From NCBI RefSeq assembly GCF_001677475.2, contig NZ_CP015229.1: a stretch of 64,000 bases of DNA, one strand, 5' to 3'. The DNA comes from Escherichia coli. GTDB lineage: Bacteria > Pseudomonadota > Gammaproteobacteria > Enterobacterales > Enterobacteriaceae. A model generated the notes under the pieces. It had not been told where the DNA came from and did no database searches. It saw only the letters and a program-made list of their open reading frames with translations. The position numbers and the translations under genes were made by a program. Shown here one piece after another: positions 52,478 to 64,000 of this stretch; positions within the stretch are counted from its first letter, which is position 1, and each line of letters begins with the position of its first letter.

Positions 52478-53659
52478 ATGTCTCATCGCCGCTCAACCGT
52501 TAAAGGCTCACTCTCCTTTGCCAACCCTACGGTTCGCGCCTGGTTATTCCAGATCCTTGCCGTTGTTGCTGTTGTCGGCATTGTTGGTTGGTTATTTCAC
52601 AACACTGTAACGAATCTCAATAATCGTGGCATTACTTCAGGTTTTGCCTTTCTGGATCGCGGCGCTGGCTTCGGTATTGTCCAGCATTTGATCGATTACC
52701 AGCAGGGCGACACCTACGGACGCGTTTTCATTGTTGGCTTACTCAATACGCTACTGGTTTCTGCATTGTGTATTGTATTCGCTTCTGTTCTGGGCTTCTT
52801 TATCGGTCTGGCGCGACTTTCGGATAACTGGCTGCTACGAAAGCTTTCCACAATTTATATTGAGATCTTCCGTAATATTCCGCCGCTGCTGCAAATCTTC
52901 TTCTGGTACTTTGCCGTGTTGCGCAATTTGCCCGGACCACGCCAGGCTGTGAGCGCGTTTGATCTGGCCTTTTTGAGCAATCGTGGGCTTTATATTCCGT
53001 CACCACAGCTGGGAGACGGATTTATTGCGTTTATCCTGGCTGTTGTTATGGCTATAGTCCTTTCTGTTGGGCTATTCCGCTTTAATAAAACATACCAGAT
53101 AAAGACCGGACAGCTGCGCCGCACCTGGCCGATCGCCGCAGTGTTGATCATTGGTTTGCCTTTACTGGCGCAATGGCTTTTTGGCGCAGCACTACACTGG
53201 GATGTCCCAGCCCTACGAGGCTTTAACTTCCGCGGCGGGATGGTTTTAATTCCTGAACTGGCAGCCTTAACGCTGGCACTTTCGGTTTATACCTCTGCAT
53301 TTATCGCCGAGATTATCCGCGCTGGGATCCAGGCAGTGCCTTATGGTCAACATGAAGCTGCTCGGTCACTGGGATTACCCAACCCGGTTACGCTACGCCA
53401 GGTCATTATTCCCCAGGCACTGCGGGTGATTATTCCACCGTTAACCAGCCAGTATCTCAACATCGTCAAAAACTCCTCTCTTGCCGCCGCTATTGGCTAT
53501 CCCGATATGGTTTCGCTGTTTGCCGGCACCGTGCTGAACCAGACGGGGCAAGCCATCGAGACGATAGCCATGACCATGTCGGTCTATCTGATTATCAGCC
53601 TGACTATCTCGCTGCTGATGAATATCTATAACCGCCGCATCGCGATCGTTGAACGCTAA
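52478..53659 (+). CDS. yhdX: Amino acid ABC transporter permease YhdX
   Basis: ORF trimmed to ATG giving 393 aa (MSHRRSTVKGSLSFANPTVRAWLFQ...). Confidence 0.9.
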   Translation: MSHRRSTVKGSLSFANPTVRAWLFQILAVVAVVGIVGWLFHNTVTNLNNRGITSGFAFLDRGAGFGIVQHLIDYQQGDTYGRVFIVGLLNTLLVSALCIVFASVLGFFIGLARLSDNWLLRKLSTIYIEIFRNIPPLLQIFFWYFAVLRNLPGPRQAVSAFDLAFLSNRGLYIPSPQLGDGFIAFILAVVMAIVLSVGLFRFNKTYQIKTGQLRRTWPIAAVLIIGLPLLAQWLFGAALHWDVPALRGFNFRGGMVLIPELAALTLALSVYTSAFIAEIIRAGIQAVPYGQHEAARSLGLPNPVTLRQVIIPQALRVIIPPLTSQYLNIVKNSSLAAAIGYPDMVSLFAGTVLNQTGQAIETIAMTMSVYLIISLTISLLMNIYNRRIAIVER

Positions 53660-53668
53660 GGAGTCATG

Positions 53669-54772
53669 ATGACAAAAGTATTGCTGTCTCATCCCCCGCG
53701 CCCGGCGAGCCATAACTCAAGCCGCGCTATGGTGTGGGTGCGAAAAAATCTGTTCTCCAGCTGGAGCAATAGCCTACTGACTATTGGCTGCATATGGTTG
53801 ATGTGGGAACTGATCCCACCGTTGCTGAACTGGGCATTTTTGCAGGCTAACTGGGTTGGCTCAACGCGTGCCGACTGCACAAAAGCCGGTGCCTGTTGGG
53901 TCTTCATCCACGAACGATTTGGTCAATTTATGTATGGGCTTTACCCACACGACCAACGCTGGCGATTTAACCTCGCATTACTGATTGGGCTTGTGTCGAT
54001 CGCACCAATGTTCTGGAAAATACTCCCGTATCGCGGTCGCTATATTGCGGTATGGGCGGTGATTTACCCACTGATTGTCTGGTGGCTGATGTATGGCGGG
54101 TTTCTTGGTCTTGAGCGGGTTGAAACCCGGCAATGGGGCGGGCTGACGCTAACTTTAATTATTGCATCAGTTGGGATTGCGGGGGCGCTGCCGTGGGGGA
54201 TCTTACTGGCGTTAGGTCGCCGCTCCCATATGCCGATTGTGCGTATCTTATCGGTCATTTTTATCGAGTTCTGGCGCGGTGTACCGCTGATTACCGTTCT
54301 GTTTATGTCTTCGGTCATGCTGCCGTTGTTTATGGCAGAAGGCACCAGTATCGACAAATTGATCCGCGCGCTGGTTGGCGTGATCCTGTTTCAGTCAGCA
54401 TATGTTGCGGAAGTCGTGCGAGGCGGATTACAGGCGCTGCCTAAAGGGCAATATGAAGCGGCAGAGTCGCTGGCGTTGGGTTACTGGAAAACCCAGGGGC
54501 TGGTTATTCTGCCACAGGCGTTGAAGCTGGTGATTCCTGGGCTGGTAAATACCATCATCGCACTTTTCAAAGATACCAGCCTGGTGATCATCATCGGGTT
54601 GTTCGATCTTTTCAGTAGCGTTCAGCAGGCAACCGTTGATCCCGCCTGGTTGGGTATGTCGACAGAAGGGTATGTTTTCGCCGCACTGATCTACTGGATC
54701 TTCTGTTTCAGCATGTCACGTTATAGCCAACATCTGGAAAAACGTTTTAACACCGGGCGTACACCGCATTGA
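53669..54772 (+). CDS. yhdY: Amino acid ABC transporter permease YhdY
   Basis: ORF trimmed by one codon to give 367 aa. Confidence 0.9.
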   Translation: MTKVLLSHPPRPASHNSSRAMVWVRKNLFSSWSNSLLTIGCIWLMWELIPPLLNWAFLQANWVGSTRADCTKAGACWVFIHERFGQFMYGLYPHDQRWRFNLALLIGLVSIAPMFWKILPYRGRYIAVWAVIYPLIVWWLMYGGFLGLERVETRQWGGLTLTLIIASVGIAGALPWGILLALGRRSHMPIVRILSVIFIEFWRGVPLITVLFMSSVMLPLFMAEGTSIDKLIRALVGVILFQSAYVAEVVRGGLQALPKGQYEAAESLALGYWKTQGLVILPQALKLVIPGLVNTIIALFKDTSLVIIIGLFDLFSSVQQATVDPAWLGMSTEGYVFAALIYWIFCFSMSRYSQHLEKRFNTGRTPH

Positions 54773-54779
54773 GGACACT

Positions 54780-55538
54780 ATGAGCCAAATTTTACTGCAA
54801 CCTGCTAACGCGATGATTACGCTGGAAAACGTCAATAAATGGTATGGACAATTCCATGTTTTGAAAAATATAAATTTGACCGTGCAACCGGGAGAACGGA
54901 TCGTTCTGTGTGGCCCTTCTGGTTCCGGTAAATCGACAACCATTCGTTGTATTAATCATCTGGAAGAACATCAACAGGGACGGATCGTGGTGGATGGCAT
55001 CGAACTTAATGAAGATATCCGCAATATTGAGCGCGTCAGGCAGGAAGTGGGAATGGTCTTTCAGCATTTCAATCTCTTCCCTCATCTGACCGTTCTACAG
55101 AACTGTACCCTGGCACCGATTTGGGTACGCAAGATGCCTAAAAAAGAGGCTGAAGCTCTGGCGATGCATTACCTTGAGCGGGTGAGAATTGCCGAACATG
55201 CCCAGAAGTTTCCCGGACAGATTTCGGGTGGTCAGCAGCAACGCGTTGCCATAGCACGTTCACTTTGTATGAAACCAAAGATCATGCTATTTGATGAACC
55301 TACGTCGGCGCTCGATCCGGAGATGGTGAAAGAGGTGCTGGATACGATGATTGGACTGGCGCAATCGGGTATGACAATGTTGTGTGTAACGCATGAGATG
55401 GGGTTTGCGCGAACCGTCGCTGACCGGGTGATTTTTATGGAGCGTGGGGAAATAGTGGAGCAAGCTGCACCTGATGAATTTTTTGCGCATCCTAAATCAG
55501 AGCGTACGAGGGCATTTTTATCGCAGGTAATCCATTAA
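54780..55538 (+). CDS. yhdZ: Amino acid ABC transporter ATP-binding protein YhdZ
   Basis: 252-aa ORF, Walker [13 protein letters not shown] signature SGGQQQR. Confidence 0.93.
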   Translation: MSQILLQPANAMITLENVNKWYGQFHVLKNINLTVQPGERIVLCGPSGSGKSTTIRCINHLEEHQQGRIVVDGIELNEDIRNIERVRQEVGMVFQHFNLFPHLTVLQNCTLAPIWVRKMPKKEAEALAMHYLERVRIAEHAQKFPGQISGGQQQRVAIARSLCMKPKIMLFDEPTSALDPEMVKEVLDTMIGLAQSGMTMLCVTHEMGFARTVADRVIFMERGEIVEQAAPDEFFAHPKSERTRAFLSQVIH

Positions 55539-55558
55539 TTGAATGTTAGTTCGAAAAG

Positions 55559-55590
55559 CAAAAAGGCCATCCTTTCGGATGGCCTTTCGC
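55559..55590. terminator. rrnD distal terminator (T2-like); also placed to terminate yhdZ
   Basis: aaaaaggccatcc-tttc-ggatggccttt: perfect hairpin with A-run one side and T-rich tract the other. Confidence 0.6.
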
Positions 55591-55720
55591 TTGATTTGAT
55601 GTCTGGCAGTTTATGGCGGCGTCCTGCCCGCCACCCTCCGGGCCGTTGCTTCGCAACGTTCAAATCCGCTCCCGGCGGATTTGTCCTACTCGGGAGAGTG
55701 TTCACCGACAAACAGCAGAT

Positions 55721-55760
55721 AAAACAAAAGGCCCAGTCTTCCGACTGAGCCTTTTGTTTT
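55721..55760 (-). terminator. rrnD proximal terminator (T1-like) just downstream of the distal 5S gene
   Basis: aaaacaaaaggcccagtcttccgactgagccttttgtttt: symmetric hairpin. Confidence 0.65.
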
Positions 55761-55765
55761 ATTTG

Positions 55766-55885
55766 ATGTCTGGCAGTTCCCTACTCTCGCATGGGGAGAC
55801 CCCACACTACCATCGGCGCTACGGCGTTTCACTTCTGAGTTCGGCATGGGGTCAGGTGGGACCACCGCGCTACTGCCGCCAGACA
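55766..55885 (-). rRNA. rrfF: 5S ribosomal RNA, distal copy
   Basis: 120-nt reverse complement of E. coli 5S rRNA; variant 5' end (TGTCTGGCGGCAGTAGCG...) compared with the proximal copy. Confidence 0.9.
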
Positions 55886-55922
55886 AATTCTTTTCTAATC
55901 TGCCGAACTTTAACCTAAAAAG

Positions 55923-55998
55923 TGGTGCTGATACCCAGAGTCGAACTGGGGACCTCACCCTTACCAAGGGTGCGCTCTACCAACTGAGCCATATCAGC
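55923..55998 (-). tRNA. thrV: tRNA-Thr (GGU)
   Basis: 76-nt reverse complement of GCTGATATGGCTCAGTTGGTAGAGCGCACCCTTGGTAAGGGTGAGGTCCCCAGTTCGACTCTGGGTATCAGCACCA, encoded CCA. Confidence 0.9.
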
Positions 55999-56010
55999 AC
56001 GCTAAATTTG

Positions 56011-56130
56011 ATGCCTGGCAGTTCCCTACTCTCGCATGGGGAGACCCCACACTACCATCGGCGCTACGGCGTTTCACTTCTGAGTTCGGCATGGGGTCAG
56101 GTGGGACCACCGCGCTACGGCCGCCAGGCA
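56011..56130 (-). rRNA. rrfD: 5S ribosomal RNA, proximal copy
   Basis: 120-nt reverse complement of canonical 5S rRNA (TGCCTGGCGGCCGTAGCGCGG...). Confidence 0.93.
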
Positions 56131-56228
56131 AATTCTGTTTTATCAACACGTCATGTTCTGACCTGTCGATTTAATCTGTATCAGGCTGAAAATCTTCTCT
56201 CTATCCGCCAAAACATCTTCGGCGTTGT

Positions 56229-59131
<2,903 letters not shown>

Positions 59132-59314
59132 TCACAACCCGAAGATGTTTCTTTCGATGCATCATCGTGTTGCGAAAATTTGAGAGACTCACGAACAACT
59201 TTCGTTGTTCAGTGTTTCAATTTTCAGCTTGATCCAGATTTTTAAAGAGCAAAACTTCGCAGTGAACCTTTGCAGGTACACTCTGAAGTATTTTTTATTT
59301 AATCACTACAGAGA

Positions 59315-59390
59315 TGGTGGAGCTATGCGGGATCGAACCGCAGACCTCCTGCGTGCAAAGCAGGCGCTCTCCCAGCTGAGCTATAGCCCC
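59315..59390 (-). tRNA. alaU: tRNA-Ala (UGC)
   Basis: Reverse complement of GGGGCTATAGCTCAGCTGGGAGAGCGCCTGCTTTGCACGCAGGAGGTCTGCGGTTCGATCCCGCATAGCTCCACCA. Confidence 0.93.
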
Positions 59391-59432
59391 ATAACATGTA
59401 GTTAAAACCTCTTCAAATTTGCGGTGCAAATT

Positions 59433-59509
<77 letters not shown>

Positions 59510-59577
59510 GTAGAGGTTTTACTGCTCATTTTCATCAGACAATCTGTGTGAGCACTGCAAAGCACAGTTCTTTAAGG

Positions 59578-61119
<1,542 letters not shown>

Positions 61120-61250
61120 AAAAGTTTGATGCTCAAAGAATTAAACTTCGTAATGAATTACGTGTTCACTCTTGAGACTTGGTATTCATTTTTCGTCTTG
61201 CGACGTTAAGAATCCGTATCTTCGAGTGCCCACACAGATTGTCTGATAAA

Positions 61251-61263
61251 TTGTTAAAGAGCA
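61251..61263 (-). promoter_or_regulatory. rrn leader boxA antitermination element
   Basis: Reverse complement reads TGCTCTTTAACAA, the conserved rrn boxA. Confidence 0.55.
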
Positions 61264-61303
61264 GTTGCGACGTGGCTTTCAGCTCACTGTCGCGAGGTGG
61301 CGT

Positions 61304-61439
61304 ATATTACGCTTTCCTCTTTCAGAGTCAACCCTGAATTTCAGGATTTTTTCTCTTTGTTGTTACGACCATCTTGTGAAGTGTTTCACGTTGTCGTCTC
61401 AACGGAGGCGCATTATAGGGATCCCAATTTTTTGCACAA
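61304..61439 (-). promoter_or_regulatory. rrnD tandem promoters: P2 (-35 TTGACT, -10 TAATAT; about 61304-61331) and P1 (-35 TTGTGC, -10 TATAAT; about 61412-61439), with an AT-rich UP-like tract upstream
   Basis: Hexamers read directly on the minus strand; typical rrn P1 discriminator GCGCC after the TATAAT. Confidence 0.55.
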
Positions 61440-61591
61440 GTACTTTTTTGATCTTTTTTTCTGTTTGTTGTTTTTTCACCCTTTTTGCTGCATTCGCACA
61501 CAAAATGGTGCTTTTTTGCATACTAAAAGACTTGCACAAGGCCAATAATGCACCCAAAGTCATTAGGAAATCATTTATTGTTGAGGTGAGT

Positions 61592-62146
61592 ATGTCTGAT
61601 GTTTTACGCCCATACCGCGATCTTTTTCCACAAATCGGTCAGCGCGTAATGATCGACGATAGCAGCGTCGTGATTGGTGACGTTCGTCTGGCTGATGATG
61701 TGGGGATCTGGCCGCTCGTTGTGATTCGTGGAGATGTACATTATGTACAGATCGGAGCACGCACCAATATCCAGGATGGCAGTATGTTGCATGTCACTCA
61801 TAAATCCTCGTACAACCCAGATGGCAACCCATTAACCATTGGCGAAGATGTCACTGTTGGTCACAAGGTGATGCTCCACGGCTGCACCATTGGCAATCGA
61901 GTTTTGGTTGGGATGGGCTCAATTTTACTTGATGGCGCAATAGTAGAAGATGATGTGATGATTGGTGCGGGTAGCCTGGTCCCACAAAATAAACGGCTGG
62001 AGAGCGGATATCTGTATCTCGGTAGCCCCGTCAAACAGATCCGCCCGTTAAGTGATGAAGAGAAGGCTGGGTTACGCTATTCCGCAAATAACTACGTGAA
62101 ATGGAAGGACGAATATCTGGATCAAGGTAACCAGACCCAACCTTGA
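61592..62146 (+). CDS. yrdA: Hexapeptide-repeat (gamma-carbonic-anhydrase-like) protein YrdA
   Basis: ORF track begins at 61265 inside the rrnD promoter region; trimmed to ATG 61592 (GAGGTGAG RBS) giving 184 aa (MSDVLRPYRDLFPQIGQRVMIDD...). Confidence 0.9.
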   Translation: MSDVLRPYRDLFPQIGQRVMIDDSSVVIGDVRLADDVGIWPLVVIRGDVHYVQIGARTNIQDGSMLHVTHKSSYNPDGNPLTIGEDVTVGHKVMLHGCTIGNRVLVGMGSILLDGAIVEDDVMIGAGSLVPQNKRLESGYLYLGSPVKQIRPLSDEEKAGLRYSANNYVKWKDEYLDQGNQTQP

Positions 62147-62379
62147 TCATCTTCACTTTGTTCCTGAATTAAGTTTTCCGCTTCTTCTTCCAGGTCCCAG
62201 CGATGCTGACGGAAACTCGCTAACCACTGTTCTGGCGTATCTCCAGTAAAGCGATACGCCAGACTCTCGCCAGAGATCGCACATGTCAGTTTCATACCAT
62301 TCACGAGAGCGGGAAAACATACACATTTTTTATTCTCGTCCCACTCTTCCCTATCCGGAAACTGGATGGCCTGATTCAC
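62122..62379 (-). CDS. yrdB: Small protein YrdB (DUF1488)
   Basis: 85-aa acidic ORF; 3' end overlaps the yrdA 3' end by 25 nt. Confidence 0.85.
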   Translation of the reverse strand: MNQAIQFPDREEWDENKKCVCFPALVNGMKLTCAISGESLAYRFTGDTPEQWLASFRQHRWDLEEEAENLIQEQSEDDQGWVWLP

Positions 62380-63194
62380 GCTGACAATTCCTGTTGCAAT
62401 AGTTTGATGACCGGTTCTACATCAGGCAGAACGCCATGCCAAAGAAGGAAGGCATGAGCCGCCTGTGCCACCAGCATTCCTAAACCATCAGCATTATGCT
62501 TTGAGCCTCGCTGCTCACACCATGCCAGAAAAGGAGTTTTTCCTTTCTGATAGAACATGTCATAGCAATAAATGCCTGGATGAATGAGCGATGACGGGAT
62601 CGCCGGAATATCACCACTGATGCCACTGGATGTTGCATTAATAATGAGATCAAACTCATGACCTTCCAGTTCGTCCATACCCAACGCCTGAATACTGCCA
62701 GTGTGCGCAAACAATTTAGTCAACTCTTCCGCGCGAGATACCGTCCGATTAGTGATTGTCACCGCACAGTCCAGGGAAAGAAGTGGCAGTAGTACGCCGC
62801 GAGATGCTCCACCAGCGCCGATGAGCAGAATACGTAAACCAGGACGGATAAAAGACAGACGTTCCAGATCGCTTAACAAACCTATACCATCGGTATTGTC
62901 ACCCAGCAGGCGTCCATCTTCTAACCGCTTGAGGGTATTAACAGCACCAGCCAACGCTGCCCGTTCAGTAAGCTCATCCGCTCTGGCAAAAGCCTCTTCT
63001 TTAAAAGGTACCGTCACATTCGCACCTTTACCACCAGCACTAAAGAAAGCGTTCAGTGTGTTGATGAAATCATTGATGGGTGCCAACACGCGCCCATAGG
63101 GATGTTCAATATTCAGTTGCTGAGCAAATTGCTGATGAATGAATGGCGATTTGCTGTGGGCTATCGGATTACCAAAAACAGCATAGGTTTCCAT
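62376..63194 (-). CDS. aroE: Shikimate dehydrogenase
   Basis: ORF trimmed to the internal ATG giving 272 aa ([27 protein letters not shown]...). Confidence 0.95.
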   Translation of the reverse strand: METYAVFGNPIAHSKSPFIHQQFAQQLNIEHPYGRVLAPINDFINTLNAFFSAGGKGANVTVPFKEEAFARADELTERAALAGAVNTLKRLEDGRLLGDNTDGIGLLSDLERLSFIRPGLRILLIGAGGASRGVLLPLLSLDCAVTITNRTVSRAEELTKLFAHTGSIQALGMDELEGHEFDLIINATSSGISGDIPAIPSSLIHPGIYCYDMFYQKGKTPFLAWCEQRGSKHNADGLGMLVAQAAHAFLLWHGVLPDVEPVIKLLQQELSA

Positions 63195-63198
63195 TATG

Positions 63199-63771
63199 TT
63201 ACCCCTGTCGAAACAGTTCACCCGTCAGGGCATCGCGGATTTCTGAAGGATTTAAACGCCCCCCCGTTTCACCAGGCACAACCGGGAACGCCGCGCCAAA
63301 TTGTGCGCGAACTTCGTCTACTGTTCGACAAGGTGGCAATCCACTCAAGTTGGCACTGGTAGAAACCAGCGGTTTACCATAAGCCTGGCACAAAGCAACC
63401 ACCAACGGATGGTCGGTGACTCGTACAGCAAGCGAATCAAAGCGGCCCGTCAACCAGCGCGGTGTTGTCGCAGGCGCGGGAAAAACAAAGGTGACAGGAC
63501 CTGGCCAGCGAGAAAATATAGTTTCACGCTGCGCGTCAGTCAGCATGGTGTCATCAATATAGGGTTTAAGCTGCTCGTAATTTGCGGCGATTAGAATCAG
63601 CCCCTTATCAACCGGACGCTGTTTTAACTCCAACAGTCGCATCACTGCTGTTTCGCTATCAGGATCGCACCCGACACCGAAAACGGCTTCCGTTGGATAG
63701 GCGATGACACGTTCTTCATTGAGGACATCTATCGCAGCTGCGATAGCGTCTCCTTGCAGGTTATTATTCAC
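63199..63771 (-). CDS. tsaC: tRNA threonylcarbamoyladenosine biosynthesis protein TsaC (YrdC)
   Basis: Start placed at GTG 63769-63771 giving 190 aa ([28 protein letters not shown]...); the ORF-track ATG at 63816 would overlap yrdD. Confidence 0.88.
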
Positions 63772-63775
63772 GTTA

Positions 63776-64000
63776 TTATTCCGCCGAAACCGGCTTTCCA
63801 CATTGTTTACTGGCACAAAAGTGTTTTACACCCTGCGCGGTTTTCTTTTCGATGAGTAGCGGATAATGACACTCAGGGCATTCTCCAGCTATGGGTTTGA
63901 AGTTAATGGCAAATTGACACTCCGGGTAGCGATCACAGGAGTGAAACGTTTTGCCATAACGGGAGCGGCGCTGGACCAGATGGCCCGTCCGGCATTGGGG
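63776..64000 (-). CDS. yrdD: 3' end of yrdD (topoisomerase-I-like zinc-ribbon DNA-binding protein), start lies beyond the window
   Basis: Minus-strand frame translates to ...[34 protein letters not shown]-stop with paired Cys zinc-ribbon motifs; not in the ORF track because no start codon falls inside the window. Confidence 0.8.
   Translation of the reverse strand, partial: PQCRTGHLVQRRSRYGKTFHSCDRYPECQFAINFKPIAGECPECHYPLLIEKKTAQGVKHFCASKQCGKPVSAE

Noticed and set aside
61265-61591. N-terminal 109 codons of the ORF-track yrdA frame (293 aa)
   Set aside because: This stretch covers the rrnD P1/P2 promoters and boxA; the recognisable YrdA protein starts at ATG 61592 with a good RBS.

Overview
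This window is an Escherichia coli-type chromosomal segment (gene order matches the K-12 sspB–rpsI–degQS–mdh–argR–aae–tldD–yhdP–rng–mreBCD–csrD–accBC … panF–prmA–dusB–fis–acrEF–yhdWXYZ–rrnD–aroE region) with one clear accessory insertion. Almost all of it is dense, recognisable core genes plus a complete rrnD ribosomal RNA operon on the minus strand (16S, tRNA-Ile, tRNA-Ala, 23S, 5S, tRNA-Thr, second 5S, tandem terminators). The exception is an ~8.5 kb island at 31137–39718, inserted between the accC terminator and yhdT, which from memory are adjacent in K-12. The island encodes a self-contained putative sugar uptake and catabolism module: a class II ketose-bisphosphate aldolase, a three-component ribose-type ABC importer, two diverged paralogous pfkB-family sugar kinases on opposite strands, a galactose-mutarotase-like protein of unknown function and a DeoR-family regulator, arranged around a 342-bp AT-rich divergent control region. 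It carries no integrase, transposase or tRNA. I could not assign a substrate from sequence alone; the gene content suggests a ketose routed through a ketose-1,6-bisphosphate to triose phosphates. No CRISPR array or recognisable mobile element was found. All gene names are from recognition of protein sequences and synteny, without database searches; start codons were adjusted by hand where the ORF track over-extends.
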